The notes below the pieces were generated by a model. That model was not told where the DNA came from, ran no database searches, and saw only the letters and a program-made list of their open reading frames with translations. Of a stretch of DNA of 64,000 nt, positions 22,101 through 35,605 are shown one piece after another. The position numbers and the translations under genes were made by a program. Within the stretch, counting starts at the first letter, position 1. Every line of letters begins with the position of its first letter. Source of the DNA: Pristiophorus japonicus (lineage: Eukaryota); contig NC_091980.1 in the NCBI RefSeq assembly GCF_044704955.1, positions 259,966,001 through 260,030,000 of the forward strand, written 5' to 3'.

Positions 22101-25100
22101 GGAACCTATGCAGCGAGACAGGGCGAAGTAATATGGAGTCAGAAACAGATGGTAGAAAGGTAAAAAGCAATAGTGGAAGGCCGAGTAAACAAAGGCAAGA
22201 AACAAAAAGGGCCACACTACATCATAATTCTAAAAAGACAAAAGGTGTTAAAAAAAAACAAGTCTGAAGGCTTTGTGTCTTAATGTAAGGAGTATCCGTA
22301 ATAAGGTGGATGAATTATCTGTGCAAATAGATATTAACAGATATGATGTGATTGGGATTACAGAGAGGTGGCTTCAGGATGATCAGGGCTGGGAACTCAA
22401 CATCCAAGGGTATTCAACATTCAGGAAGGATAGAATAAAAGGAAAAGGAGGTGGGGTAGCATTGCTGGTTGAAGAGGAGATTAATGCAATAGTTAGGAAG
22501 GACATTAGCTTGGATGATGTGGAATCTATATGGGTAGAGCTGCAGAACACCAAAGGGCAAAAAACGTTAGTGGGAGTTGTGTACAGACCTCCATACAGTA
22601 GTAGTGATGTTGGGGAGGGCATCAAACAGGAAATTAGGGGTGCATGCAATAAAGGTGCAGCAGTTATCATGGGTGACTTTAATATGCATAGCATTGGGCT
22701 AACCAAACTAGAAGCAATACGGCAGAGGAGGATTTCCTGGAGTGCATAAGGGATGGTTTTCTAGACCAATATGTCGAGGAACCAACTAGGGGTGGGGGGG
22801 GGGGGGGGGGGGGGAGGCCATCTTAGACTGAGTGTTGTGTAATGAGAGAGGATTAATTAGCAATCTCGTTGTGCGAGGCCCCTTGGGGAAGAGTGACCAT
22901 AATATGGTGGAATTCTACTTTAGGATGGAGAATGAAACAGTTAATTCAGAGACCATAGTCCAGAACTTAAAGAAGGGTAACTTTGAAGGTATGAGACGTG
23001 AATTGGCTAGGATAGATTAGCGAATGATGCTTAAGGGGTTTGACAGTGGATGGGCAATGGCAGACATTTAGAGACCGCATGGATGAACTGCAACAATTGT
23101 ACATCCCTGTGTGGCGTAAAAATAAAAAAGGGAAGGTGGCTCAACCGTGGTTATCAAAGGAAATCAGGGATAGTATTAAAGCCAAGGAAGTGGCATACAA
23201 ATTGGCTAGAAATTGCAGTGAACCCAGGGACTGGGAGAAATGTAAAACTCAGCAGAGGAGGACAAAGGGTTTGATTAGGGCAGGGAAAATAGAGTACGAG
23301 AGGAAGCTTGCAGGGAACATTAAAACGGACAGCAAAAGCTTCTGTAGCTATGTAAAGAGAAAAAGATTAGTAAAGGCAAACGTAGGTCCCCTGCAGTCAG
23401 AATCAGGGGAAGTCATCACAGGGAACAAAAAAATGGCAGACCAATTGAACAAGTACTTTGGTTCGGTATTCACTAAGGAGGACACAAACAACATTCCGGG
23501 TATAAAAGGGGTCAGAGGGTCTAGTAAGGAGGAGGAACTGAGGGAAATCCTTATTAGTCGGGAAATTGTGTTGGGGAAGTTGATGGGATTGAAGGCCGAT
23601 AAATCCCCAGGGCCTGATGGTCTGCATCCTAGAGTACTTAAGGAGGTGGCCTTGGAAATAGCGGATGCATTGACAGTCATTTTCCAACATTCCATAGACT
23701 CTGGATCAGTTCCTATGGAGTGGAGGGTAGCCAATGTAATCCCACTTTTTAAAAAAAAGGAGGGAGAGAGAAAACAGGGAATTATAGACCGGTCAGCCTG
23801 ACATCGGTAGTGGGTAAAATGATGGAATTAATTATTAAGGATGAAATAGCAGCGCATTTGGAAGGAGGGGACACGATAGGTCCAAGTCAGCATGGATTTG
23901 TGAAAGGGAAATCATGCTTGACAAATCTTCTGGAATTTTTTGAGGATGTTTCCAGTAGAGTGGACAAGGGAGAACCAGTTGATGTGGTGTATTTGGACTT
24001 TCAGAAGGCTTTTGACAAGGTCCCACACAAGAGATTAATATTGAAAGTTAAAGCACATGGGATTGGGGGTAGTGTGCTGACGTGGATTGATAACTGGTTG
24101 GCAGACAGGAAGCAAAGAGTAGGCAGTGCAGTGGCAGGCAGTGACTAGTGGGGTACCGCAAGGTTCTGTGCTGGGGCTCCAGCCGTTTACATTGTACATT
24201 CATGATTTAGACGAGAGGATTAAATGTAGTATCTCCAAATTTACGTATGACACTAAGTTGGGTGGCAGTGTGAGCTGCGAGGAGGATGCTATGAGGCTGC
24301 AGAGTGACTTGGATAGGTTAGGTGAGTAGGCAAATGCATGGCAGATGAAGTATAATGTGGATAAATGTGAGGTTATTCACTTTGGTGGTAAAAACAGAGA
24401 GACAGACTATTATCTGAAAGGTGACAGATTAGGAAAAGGGGAGGTGCAACGAGACCTGGGTGTCATGGTACATCAGTCATTGAAGGTTGGCATGCAGGTA
24501 CAGCAGGCGGTTAAGAAAGCAAATGGCATGTTGGCCTTCATAGCGAGGGGATTTGAGTACAGGGGCAGGGAGGTGTTACTACAGTTGTACAGGGCCTTGG
24601 TGAGGGCACACCTGGAGTATTGTGTACAGTTTTGGTCTCCTAACTTGAGGAAGGACATTCTTGCTATTGAGGGAGTGCAGCGAAGGTTCACCAGACTGAT
24701 AGGACTGACAAAACAAGAAAGACTGGATCAACTGGGCTTGTATTCACTGGAGTTCAGAAGAATGAGAGGGGATCTCATAGAAACATTTAAAATTCTGACT
24801 GGTTTAGACAGGTTAGATGCAGGAAGAATGTTCCCAATGTTGGGGAAGTCCAGAACCAGGGATCACAGTCTAAGGATAAGGAGTAAGCCATTTAGGACCG
24901 AGATGAGGAGAAACTTCACCCAGAGAGTGGTGAACCTGTGGGATTTTCTACCACAGAAAGTTGTTGAGGCCAATTCACTAAATATATTCAAAAAGGAGTT
25001 AGATGTAAGTCTACTTGAAGCACTACTGTAATGTGGTAGGTATTTATTCAGTGGAACATGTGTTGAAACAAAAGCTGAATTTAGCCAATGGCACAATACT

Positions 25101-28100
25101 ATTTGAACAGTAATAAGATTATAAGTAAGCAGTTTATTTGTGACCACTGTGTTTTGAAATGTTAATTCAGTTATTCCTCAAGACAAATAGTGCACTACAG
25201 TAATGGAAATTACACCATAGAAACACTTGACGTGTATTTTCTGAGTTGCATCTCAGTGCAATTTGGTGCAACAATAAAAAATATTTTAAAACTTTACAAC
25301 CCAAGTATTATTCCTCCTGGATTTTCTCTATTATTCTCTTGAAGGTGGTCATTCATGCTTTAAAATCATAAATTTTACAAATGCCCCCTATAAAAGGGGA
25401 GAGGGACACTAAACCTGGCAATTAAAACAAATTAAACTTTAAAACATATAAAATCAAATTAAAATTTGGTTGCCGGGGGTGATAGTGCACTCCAGTCCCT
25501 CCGGCGCCCACCTCTCGCCGAAGGCCGCGAGCTCTCCAAGGACACGCTGAAGAGAGGCAGGCAGTCGGGTTGAACGACCCCCTCGACCGCCCGCTGCCTG
25601 GACAGGTTGATGACCACGTTGGACATGCCAAGGAGCAGTCCTACGAGGAGGCGAGATAGTTATACATATAGAGTGAACCCTGTTGTCAGCTGGCAGCGCT
25701 CTTCCCTGTGAATCAGGAAGCTCTGGGTTCAAACCCTACTCCAGGCATTAAGCAGATAATCTATGTTGATATTTCAGTGAGATACTGAGGGAGTGCTATA
25801 TTGTTGGAGAGCTACCCTTTGAGGAAATATTAAATCAAAATCCCATCTGCTTGTTATGGAAGTTCAAGTGGATAGTAAAAAACACAAGGCATTAACTGGG
25901 GGCTCCCCTGGTTTCGTAGCCAATGTTCTCCCTCAATCACCATTGACCAGAAACTTAACTGGACCTGCCACATAAATACTGTGGCTACAAGAGCAGGTCA
26001 GAACCTGGGTATTCTACAGCAAGTGAATCATCTCCTGACTCCTCAAAGCCTTTCCACCACCTACAAGGCACAAGTCAGGAGAGTGATGGAATACTCTCTA
26101 CTTTCTTGGATGAGTGCGGCTCCAACAACACTCAAGAAGCTCGACACCATCCAAGACAAAGCAGTTCGCTTGATCAGCACTCCATCCACCACCTTAAACA
26201 TTCACTCCCTCCAGCACTGATGCAATGGTGCTGCAGTGTGTACTTGCTAGGGCTTCTTCAATAGCATCTCCCAAACCCACGACCTCTACCACAAAGGCAG
26301 CAAGCGCATGGGAACACCATCAGCTCCAGGTCACACACCATCCTGACTAGGAAATATATCGTCGTTCCTTCATCATCGCTGCGTCAACATCCTGGAACTC
26401 CCTATCTAATAGCACTGTGGGACCTGATTAATTTATAATTATCGAGTAGCTGTGTGCTGTCTACGTGCTCACTAACAATGGAAAAGGTTGCAGCATGGTT
26501 GGGGGCCAAAGCACAGTCACCGGGTTAAGCGCTGTTCCGACCAGATAACAGGAACATGCTGCGAAACAGTGAACAGCAGGTGGAAGGGGCATGATGTGGT
26601 AATCACATCATGACCAAGGCGATTGCTATCTGCAATGGACAGCTGGATCATAACCAGCGGCCGTCCGGGGTCGACAAACTGACCCCAGTAACAGCAGGGA
26701 GACAATCAGATAATGGGAAGACCCCACGCTCACGACTATAACTGAAGCTGTAACACGCGGTAGAGTGCACTTTATTCTTAGTAACCGCAAGATGTAACTG
26801 AACGAAACTGGGCCAATAAAGTTTGCCTGGATACTACCACCGGACTAGAGTCTCGTCAACTGCTAAGAATATAAGAGACCCTACAGCAGTATGGAGGTAC
26901 CTTCAACACAGTTGCAGCAGTTCAAGAAGGCAGCTCACCACCACCTTCTCAAGGGCAATTTGGGATGGGTAATAAATGCTGGCATTGCCAGCAACACCCA
27001 CATCCCAGGGAAGAGCACTGCTAGCTGACTCGAGTTTACTCAGTTTATAATGATCTTTAAAAAAAAAATTGCTGACTGGTTAATTATTTCGCTGCTGCTT
27101 GTGATTTCCTGCTACGTGTAAAATAGCTGCCATTTTTGCCTACATAAACAAACAGTTACTACACTTCAAAATAATTGATTGTGTGAAGAACTGAGATCGG
27201 ATAAGGTTCTAAATAAATGTAACATTCTCTAGAGCATGAAGTCATCAATAAGTCTGAAATTCTCATGAGGTCACAACATTTGTAGCCTCATTTGGCAGCT
27301 TTATAAGTCCATGAAGCATAGGCATGAAACAGAATTTATTTCATCTACATATTAGTGTTATGTAGCTCACTTTAGTCACACTACATTTTTGGTAGTATTT
27401 CTCTAGCACTGACTAGGATACAAAACAAGCCTTTAAACGACAGAAATCGTTGCACAAACTGTATGGAGTTATCCTATTGAAGTTTTTATTGGTCAAATAA
27501 AAATAAGTCAAACATTATTGAACTTCAATTATGGAAGAAGTGCATTTTCAATCGATTGCAGACTTGGATACAGTTGGACAGAGGTATTTCTGTAAAGACA
27601 CGTCTCGGGACAAATCTGATTCCTCCCGCTTTCAAATTATTTTCATAGATTGAAAGGATACACAAAGGCACAATAGATCTATTTTGCATTTGGACAATGG
27701 GAAATGTGGATCGTTAAAAATAGCACAATTTACATTTCATGCTATAGATTGCATTACGTGTGATAGAGGATTGGCTAACAGAAAACAGAGTCGGGATAAA
27801 TGGGTTATTTTGCGGTTGGCAAACGGTAACTAGTGGGGTGCCGCAGGATCGGTGCTGGGGCCTCAACTATTTACAATCTATATTAATGACTTGGATGAAG
27901 GGACCGAGTGTAAAGTAGCCAAGTTTGCTGATACAAAGATGGTGGGAAAGCAAATTGTGAAGAGGATGCAAAGAATCTGCAAAAGGGATATTGAAAGGCT
28001 AAGTGAGTGGGCAAACAATTTGCAGATGGAGTATAATGTGGGAAAGTGTGAGGTTATCCACTTTGACAGGAAAAATAAAAAAGCAAATTATTTAAAAGGA

Positions 28101-31100
28101 GAGAGATTACAAAATGCTGCAGTGCCGAGGGACCTGGGGGTCCTTGTGCATGAAACACAAAAAGTTAGTATGCAGGTACAGCAGGTAATCAGGAAGGCAA
28201 ATGGAATGTTGGCCTTTACTGCAAGGGGGAGGGAGTATAAGAGCAGGGAAGTCCTGTTACAACTGTACAGGGTATTGGTGAGACCACACCTAGAGTACTG
28301 CGCACAGTTTTGGTCTCCTTATTTAAGGAGGGATATACTTGCATTGGAGGCAGTTCAGAGAAGGTTCACTAGGTTGATTCCTGAGATGAAGGGGTTGACT
28401 TATGAAGAAAGGTTGGCAGGTTGGAGTTTAGAAGAATGAGAGGTGATCTTATTGAAACATAAAAGATACTGAGGGGGCTTGACAAGGTAGATGCAGAGAG
28501 GATGTTTCCACTCGTGAGGGAATCTAGAACTAGGGGGCAGAGTTTAAGAATAAGGGGTCGCCCATTTAGAACTGAGATGAGGAGCAATTTCTTCTCTGAG
28601 GGCCATAAATCTGTGGAATTCTCTGCCCCAGAGATCTGTGAAGGTTCACCAGACTGATTCCCGGGAAAGGCGGGACTGACCTATCAAGAAAGACTGGATC
28701 AACTGGGCTTGTATTCACTGGAGTTCAGAAGAATGAGAGGGGATCTCATAGAAACGTTTAAAATTCTGATGGTTTAGACAGGTTAGATGCAGGAAGAATG
28801 TTCCCAATGTTGGGGAAGTCCAGAACCAGGGGTCACAGTCTAAGGATAAGGGGTAAGCCATTTAGGACCGAGATGAGGAGAAACTTCTTCACCCAGAGAG
28901 TGGTGAACCTGTGGAATTCTTTACCACAGAAAGTTGTTGAGGCCAATTCACTAAATATATTCAAAAAGGAGTTAGATGTAGTCCTTACTACTAGGGGGAT
29001 CAAGGGGTATGGCGAGAAAGCAGGAATGGGGTACTGAAGTTGCATGTTCAGCCATGAACTCATTGAATGGCAGTGCAGGCTCGAAGGGCCGAATGGCCTA
29101 CTCCTGCACCTATTTTCTATGTTTCTATCTTAATGAATGGCAGAGCAAGCTTGAGGGACCGTAAAGCCTACTCCTGCTCCTATTTCTTATGTTCTTATTC
29201 CAAGATTGGTTACTTAAACTACTTGTCCAGGACAATCCAGCGGAGATAAATTATCGTACCGAAATGTAAAATGATTTTACACAAAGCTTTGAATGCAAAC
29301 TACAGGTTTGCATTAACAAGGTCCATAGGGAGGAGGATCGGTAACAAAAATATTTCAGGCAGTAAATTATTTTCTCAACTGAAAGATTTACCCATAAATA
29401 ATTGATTTGATTATCTAATTCATAGGAAGTTAACTAAATTCACCACAGAAGAAAAATCAGATAAAGATATCCAATGAAGTCTCAATAGAATTTAGGTTGA
29501 CATTAAAATGCTAAATTAACACGTACAGACAATGCATCACTTAAATTTTGGCAAATGTCAAAGGTATTGAGGCATGTTGCATCCACTGCCAGTTACCAAG
29601 ATGTCTAGGCTTTATGCCAACATCAAGTAGGTCTCAACAGAGAAGCGAAGCAAACCACACGATGACCAGAGGAAGTAAATTTCCAAAGATAAACACTTGG
29701 GGCCCAAGTTTCCAAATGATTTGCGCCTGATTTTTAGGAGCAACTGGTGGAGAACGGACTATCTTAGAAATCGCAATTCTCCACATTTTTTTTTCTGCAG
29801 TTCTAGTCAGGTAGAACAGTTCTACTTTGGAACAGAATTTTTTTTTCAAAAGGGGGCGTGTCCGGCCACTGGCGCCTGATTTGAAAGTTTCCACAGTGAA
29901 AACGTACTCCAAACTAACTTAGAATGGAGCAAGTGAAGATTTTGTAGAACTGAAAAAAACTGTTCTACACATTAAAAAATCAGGCGCAGGTTACAAATTA
30001 GGCGTCCAGAACGAGGTGGGGGAAGGGAAGTCATTAAATTCTACAATAAATCCTTATTTATACTTCTACAAATAAATCCAACCTGAATAAACATTTATAA
30101 GCAAAGAAAAGATTAAATAAACCATCTTCCTACCTGTGTGAAAGTGCTTCAGGCACGGAGAATGCTGCAGTCAGCCTGAGGCGCCCGTTCTTCCCGCGGG
30201 GAGGGGGGGGAAAAGAGAGAGGGAGGCGCCCGTTCTTCCTGCGGCGCGGGGGGAGGAGGAGGTGCCCGTTCTTCCCGCGGCGGGGGGGGGGGGGGGAGGG
30301 GGAGAAGGCGTCCGCTCTTCCCGCAGGGGGGGGGGGGGGGGGGGTGGGGGAAGGAGGAGGCGCCTGTTCTTCCCACGGGGGAGGGGGGAAGGAGACAGTG
30401 AGAAGGCTGCAAGTGCTGATGGCAATGTGCTTTTATTAAAAAATGTTCAAAAATTAAACAGCTACAAAGAACTACAAAAATGGCCAAGTGCCAATGTTTC
30501 CTTCACACTGCGCGTGCGCGAACGCTCCAACACGCACGGTTGCCGGCAGGAAAAAACTAATTTAAATAGTACCCGCCCCCTCCCACTTACAAAATCGCCG
30601 CGAGTGTAGGCTCCGCCCCACTGGGCGAGGAGCTGCAGAACGCTCCAGAATCGCGAGTTTTTTTTTTAAGACGCCGTTTTAGGCGTGAAAAACGGGCGCC
30701 CAGCTCCGAGGGGCAACCGTTTTTTATCGTGTGGAAACTTGGGCCCTATATGTGGTGTGAATTAACCATTAATACATTTGTCTCATAAAATTCCCATTTA
30801 CTTTTGTGAGCACAGGTAGAACGTCCAAAATCTAGAGTTCTAAAAACCGGAACTGTCCGAAAACTGGACATTGTGCAGATTGCAAGAGTTGAAGTCCGGA
30901 AATATTTCCCGAAAACTGGACTTTTAAGCTGTACATACCTTTCTCCAAGCAGGAATCCAGAAAAATACGCAGCCCGGCACGGCCTCGAGGTTGCCGTCGG
31001 ATGTAATGCTCCAAAATTCGGAAATTCATGAAAGTCGGCCCAAGGGTTTCCGGATTCGGGACGTCAGATTTTCTCCGAAATCCGGAAATACCCGAAAACC

Positions 31101-34100
31101 GGAATGGCCTCGGTCCCGAGGTTTCTGGATGTTGTATCTGTATACCAATTTCACTCCCTGTGATAGGGTGGAAGGCAGGAGAGATTGAATAACAACCGTT
31201 GTCATTCAATCTCTCTTGCCTTCTACCCTATCACAGACCTTCCCTTTTAGTTCTTTCCTCCCAATTGAGAAGATCGACGCGTGGTTTAATGCAGTCAGCT
31301 GACCTCTCTAGATGCTTCCAATCTCTGCTTTGGTAGTGATAAGACTTTTATGTAAGGGGAAAATGGAGTGATTTAAGTTATTTTACAAACACTCAAGAAT
31401 CTACTGGCAGTTTTATGCTATTCGCGTCATGGACCATTTGAACGTGGGGCCATTGTCGATTATTTACATTTGTGCTTTCAGCTTTGTTGCTATGTGGACA
31501 TCTACAGCCTACATTTTTCTACCGGTTGTGCACAAATTACAATTATATTAATGGCTTGTGAGTGAAATAATTAGGGTTTTATTGCTATTTCTTATAATAC
31601 ATGCCAGTTTTTAGTGCCTGCCGGGAAGTGGGAGTGTGCAGCAATCTGTCACTTAGTGTTATGGAGAGTGCCACTTAAGTTATTGGCCCGAAGTCTGCAT
31701 CAGCAGCAAGCAAATGGCCATTCTACCCAAACTACCCATTCATTACACTTACACGCGCCCACAGACTTTGTGGCCTTTTCCACTGGAACTTGCGGTTAGT
31801 AGAGAACCAAAATTGAGCGGCATCCTCCACAGGGGATTGGGACCTGTGTGAACAGGGCAAACAATGGTGTGTCTCCATAACCAATAAGATTGAAGAATCC
31901 TTACTGAGACCACAGCGTCTAAGCCAGGAAGTGCAAATTAGAATAGTTAATTCAATGCAAAATCATGTAGAGAGCGAAATAAGAGAGGGAAAGAAAGATG
32001 GGATTAAGAAAAAGCGATGAGACACACAAAGTAAATTTATTTATTAATCTCCAATAATAATGAGGAAATGAGGCTCCACACTTGTAAAAATTAATTTTCA
32101 GTGCCAGAGAGATTGTTTGGCTATAAGACTTATCACTCTGTTAAAAAAATTCACTTGCACTTGAATGGACAAGCCTCAACTTTTGCCAGCATGTTTAATG
32201 GTTATCTATCATCCTCTGCCGCCTCCAGGCCAGATCCAAGGTCATCCCATCCTCTGTCATTGAACTCCAGTACGCAGACAACACTTGCGACTGCGCATAC
32301 TCGGAGGCCGAACTCCAAGCCATCATCAACACCTTTACCGAGGCGTACGAGAGCATGGGCTTCACGCTAAACATCCATAAGACAAAGGTCCTCTACCAAC
32401 CTGATCCCGCCACACAGCACTACCCCTCGTTTATCAAAATCCACGACGAGGCCTTGGTCAATGTGGATCATTTTCCATACCTTGGGAGCCTGTCAGCAAG
32501 AGCAGACATTGACGATGAAGTCCAACACTGTCTTCAGTGTGCCAGCGCAGCCTTTGGTCACCCAAGGAAGACTGTGTTTGAAGACCAGGACCTCATATCC
32601 GGCACCAAGCTCATGGTCTAAAGGGCAGTAGTGATACCTGCCCTCCTATATGGCTCAGAGACGTGGACTATATACAGCAGACTCTTCAAAACACTGGAGA
32701 AGTACCACCAGCGCTGCCTCTGCAAGATCCTGCAAATCCATTGGCAGGACAGACGCACCAATGTCAGTGTTCTCGCTCAGGCCAACATCCCCAGCACTGA
32801 AGCATTGACTACGCTCGATCAGCTCTGTTGGGCAGGCCACATTGTCCGCATGCCCGACATGAGACTTCCAAAGCAAGCGCGCTACGTGGAGCTTCAACAC
32901 GGCAAGCGAGCTCCAGATGGGCAGAGGAAATGCTTCAAGGACACCCTCAAAGCCTCCTTGATTAAGTGCAACATCCCCACCGACTCCTGGGAATGCCTGG
33001 TCCACATCCGCCCAAAGTGGAGCATCCAGGATGGCGCTGAGCACCTCGAGTCCCATCACCGAGAACTAGCAGAAACCAAGCGTAGACAGCGGAATGAGCC
33101 TGCGTCAATCCAGACTCCCCGACCACCCTTTCCTTCAACCACTGTCTGCCTCATCTGTGACAGACTGTAGGTCCTGCACTGGACTCCTCAGTCACCTGAG
33201 AACTTACTTTTAGAGTGGAAACAAGTCATCCTCGACTCCGAGGGACTGCCTATGATCATATAAGTATCGCAACTTCTGGCTGTACCATGTATTTTAATAC
33301 CGAGTCTCTATGAGCTACCAGCGTAGCACAGCTTCTGGAGCAGCAGGGCAACTGGGACAGCAATTTCCTAATTTCTGCATTTAACTGCACATGTGCAGAT
33401 GCCGGAAGTTTCTGTCCGATTTACTTCTTAATAACGGTGAGGCCACTCACTGTTAATTCTACCCCAAAATCCGAAACAATATGTCACATGATGTGACCCT
33501 CACAATGCCACCTTAAGGCGCAGCGTCTTTGGAATGTTGTGGCTACTCACTATTTTTAACATATAAATAGATAATACATTTATTATTTTGTTCCCTTGTG
33601 GCAACATATTTATGTTGAGGTTGGAGGATTTTAAAAAAAAGTGGCATTATAATAAAATGGCAGCATCCATTCTATATATCTTTGACATTCCAGATAGTAT
33701 ACGGTACGACTTTATTTGAAGAAATGTATCATGGCTACTGTTTATTTTTGACTGACTTCTCATATGTAAAGGATGTCCAGTTTCTACCCCTCCCCCAATT
33801 TTCAACCTCTATCTTTCAAGTTCGCCCTGCCCTTCAGGACATTCTTGTCTGAAGGCAATCTTTTCCCAGGCATCTACTAATATCACATTTAAACTATTAA
33901 GAACTGCTTCAACATTTTGTCTTGACAATTTTCCTTTTCTTTAGGAAAACACCTAGCCTCCAGTTATTTTCCCCCACTACCAGCCAAGGAAGGTATTGAT
34001 CATGTGGCATCACGTAACTTCACATTCTGGAACACTAACATGTACCGATGTATCAAAGTCGTAAGTTGAAATGTTTTCTCAACTAGTAACTGCATATAAC

Positions 34101-34862
34101 AAAGCAATTCCCAGGGAACAGATGTTATTCAAATAGCTATAAGAATACAAACAAAAATAGTTCCGACAGGGGATGGGGCACGATATCTGTGGGTTCAGTC
34201 TGACAAAACAGCTTAAGGGTGCCAAGCTTCTGCTGGAAGGCAAACAGGATGACTTCAGTCTTCCCGATTTGAGCTGGAAAAGCGGATACCATGTTTACTA
34301 CTTTAATCACAGCACCAAACTTGTAAACATGTATATAATTGCTTAATGAACCTTCAAAACTTACTATTCCTCCTAACTGGGCATTAATGGATCATCTCCA
34401 TTTTTAAACAGACACATTATGCCAACATAGCAACAGTTTGAATTCAAACTTTATATAAAAAAAAAATCAATAAATCCAGCTTGTACCTTACTTAGACAAA
34501 CATCCACTGCTGGTTCTTTCAGTCTGATGGTAGCTTTTCCTTCTTCCACGAATTTGGTGAAAAACTGCTCTATATTTTCTTTCAGCTGCAAAGAGTTTTT
34601 TGTGAAAATATATTGTTAGCCAGATGCTTTCAAAAGTCCACTTGATTGACTAATTCTATACTGCATAACTCACCTTGTATTTACAGCCTGCTTTGTCTTT
34701 TAAGGTACAGATCAAGAGATGAATGGTTGCAGAGTTGTTTTTGATGTTTCGATCGTGGTGTTTCCCTATTGACAGAACAGCTCGGTTCCCTTTCCCTCTA
34801 TTCCTCATACCGAAGGTCGGGAGCATCCGATTGATCACTTCCACCTCGCACTGGAGTTTCAT
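18862..34862 (-). CDS. LRR1: Leucine-rich repeat protein 1 (CRL2 substrate receptor), 422 aa; coding exons 34862-34674, 34585-34487, 21251-20524, 19114-18862
   Basis: Four GT-AG bounded exons of 189+99+728+253 = 1269 nt join in frame: N-terminal MKLQCEVEV..., LKENIEQFFTKFVEEGKATIRLKEP, an LRR array, BC-box-like MTLLEIAARAM, and Cys-rich C-terminus YFCSLTC. Lies between MGAT2 and RPS29 as in human. Confidence 0.95.
20524..21251 (-). CDS. LRR1: LRR1 coding exon 3 (LRR domain)
   Basis: AACAG|GCAGAT... with repeated LxxLDLSxNxI/L motifs; donor AG|GTAAGG. Confidence 0.95.
21763..25005 (+). mobile_element. CR1 LINE, long copy (ORF1 SGNH-esterase fragment + ORF2 APE/RT), 3' tail missing
   Basis: ORF1 remnant (KLKSRTSKVV...WCKREGFKFLGH), ORF2 NVRSIRNK, GVVYRPP, IMGDFN, KSPGPDGLHP, YLDFQKAFDKV; frameshifted. 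Lies in an LRR1 intron. Confidence 0.93.
25372..25655 (-). mobile_element. Tx1-like L1 3' end fragment (second family)
   Basis: Minus-strand peptides LLVGLLLGMS... and AFGERWAPEGLECTITPGNQILI-stop resemble a Tx1-type ORF2 C-terminus, followed by an A/T-rich 3' UTR. Confidence 0.7.
25945..27010 (+). mobile_element. CR1/L2-clade LINE 3' fragment interrupted by a solo LTR
   Basis: YKAQVRRVMEYS...KKLDTIQDKA peptide and tail ...AATAAATGCTGGCATTGCCAGCAACACCCACATCCC, shared with 55760-56310. Confidence 0.8.
26416..26885 (+). mobile_element. Solo LTR (470 bp)
   Basis: TGTGGG...CCCTACA termini, internal AATAAA near 26815, 4-bp TSD-like GCAC/GCAG, and the host LINE resumes after it. Confidence 0.75.
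27762..29197 (+). mobile_element. Composite CR1 3' fragments (one subfamily nested in another at about 28641-29127)
   Basis: RT C-terminal ORF 27852-28439 and two successive CR1 tails (TTTCTATG type, then TTCTTATG type). Confidence 0.85.
29699..30747. mobile_element. Non-autonomous DNA transposon (MITE) with internal G-rich tandem repeat
   Basis: Terminal inverted repeats GGGCCCAAGTTTCCA (29700-29714) and TGGAAACTTGGGCCC (30732-30746). Internal AGGCGCCCGTTCTTCCCGCGG-Gn repeats at 30175-30390. Confidence 0.8.
30813..31140. mobile_element. Tc1/mariner (Tigger-like) MITE
   Basis: Imperfect TIRs CAGGTAGAACGTCCA and TGGATGTTGTATCTG followed by TA; internal TCCGGA/CCGAAAA motifs. Confidence 0.65.
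32205..33259 (+). mobile_element. RTE-clade (BovB-like) LINE 3' fragment
   Basis: LQYADN-like RT motif, LNIHKTKVL, LLYGSETWT, WAGHIVRMPD and tail GAGGGACTGCCTATGATCAT. Confidence 0.88.
34487..34585 (-). CDS. LRR1: LRR1 coding exon 2 (33 codons)
   Basis: TGCAG|CTGAAAGAAAAT... LKENIEQFFTKFVEEGKATIRLKEPAVDVCLSK, donor AAG|GTACAA. Confidence 0.92.
34674..34862 (-). CDS. LRR1: LRR1 coding exon 1 (63 codons)
   Basis: ATG at 34862, acceptor AG at 34868-34869, donor AAG|GTGAGT at 34673. Confidence 0.92.
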
Positions 34863-34958
34863 AGTATCTGTAATGAAATGATCACCCACTGAAGACATAA
34901 CTCTGGACAATCGGAGCACATAGCATTCCCATGGATGTCAACCAGATAAACAAGTTAC

Positions 34959-35135
34959 CAGTATGGTCGCACAGAGTGTTTTCGTTCCTCATTGGCTGCC
35001 TCCACGGCAAATACAGCCACTGATAGGGGCCGCAGATCGCGTCACACAATGGATACAACGCCCCCTCCCCTTCCCTCTCACCAGCCAAATACATCGCGGG
35101 GTCATCGAGAAGTAAACGAGTACAGCTGCAGGGGC
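34959..35135 (-). promoter_or_regulatory. Candidate proximal LRR1 promoter with short non-coding exon
   Basis: CpG-containing stretch, minus-strand CCAAT at 34991-34995, and donor CTG|GTAACT at 34958, about 90 bp upstream of the acceptor at 34868. Confidence 0.45.
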
Positions 35136-35605
35136 AAGAGTCGGGGGGGGGGGCAGCAAGAGCCCGGGGGGGGGGGGCAGCAAGAGCCCGGGGGGGGGGG
35201 GGGGAAGCAAGAGCCGGGGGAGGGGGGGGGGGGGGAAGCAAGAGCCCGGGGGGGGGGGGGGGGGAGCAAGAGCCCGGGGGGGGGGGGGGGGAGCAAGAGC
35301 CCGGGGGGGGGGGGGGGGGAGCAAGAGCCCGGGGGGGGGGGGGGAGCAAGAGCCCGGGGGGGGGGGGGGGAGCAAGAGCCCGGGGGGGTGGGGGGGAGCA
35401 AGAGCCCGGGGGGGGGGGGGGGGAGCAAGAGCCCGGGGGGGGGGGGGGGAGCAAGAGCCCGGGGGGGGGGGGGGGGAGCAAGAGCCCGGGGGGGGGGGGG
35501 GGAGCAAGAGCCCGGGGGGGGGGGGAGCAAGAGCCCGGGGGGGGGGGGGGGGGAAGCAAGAGCCCGGGGGTGGGGGAAGCAAGAGCCGGGGGGGGGGGGG
35601 GGGGT
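35131..35605 (+). repeat. G-rich minisatellite (AGCAAGAGCCC-Gn), roughly 20 units
   Basis: Directly visible tandem units with long G runs. Confidence 0.95.
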
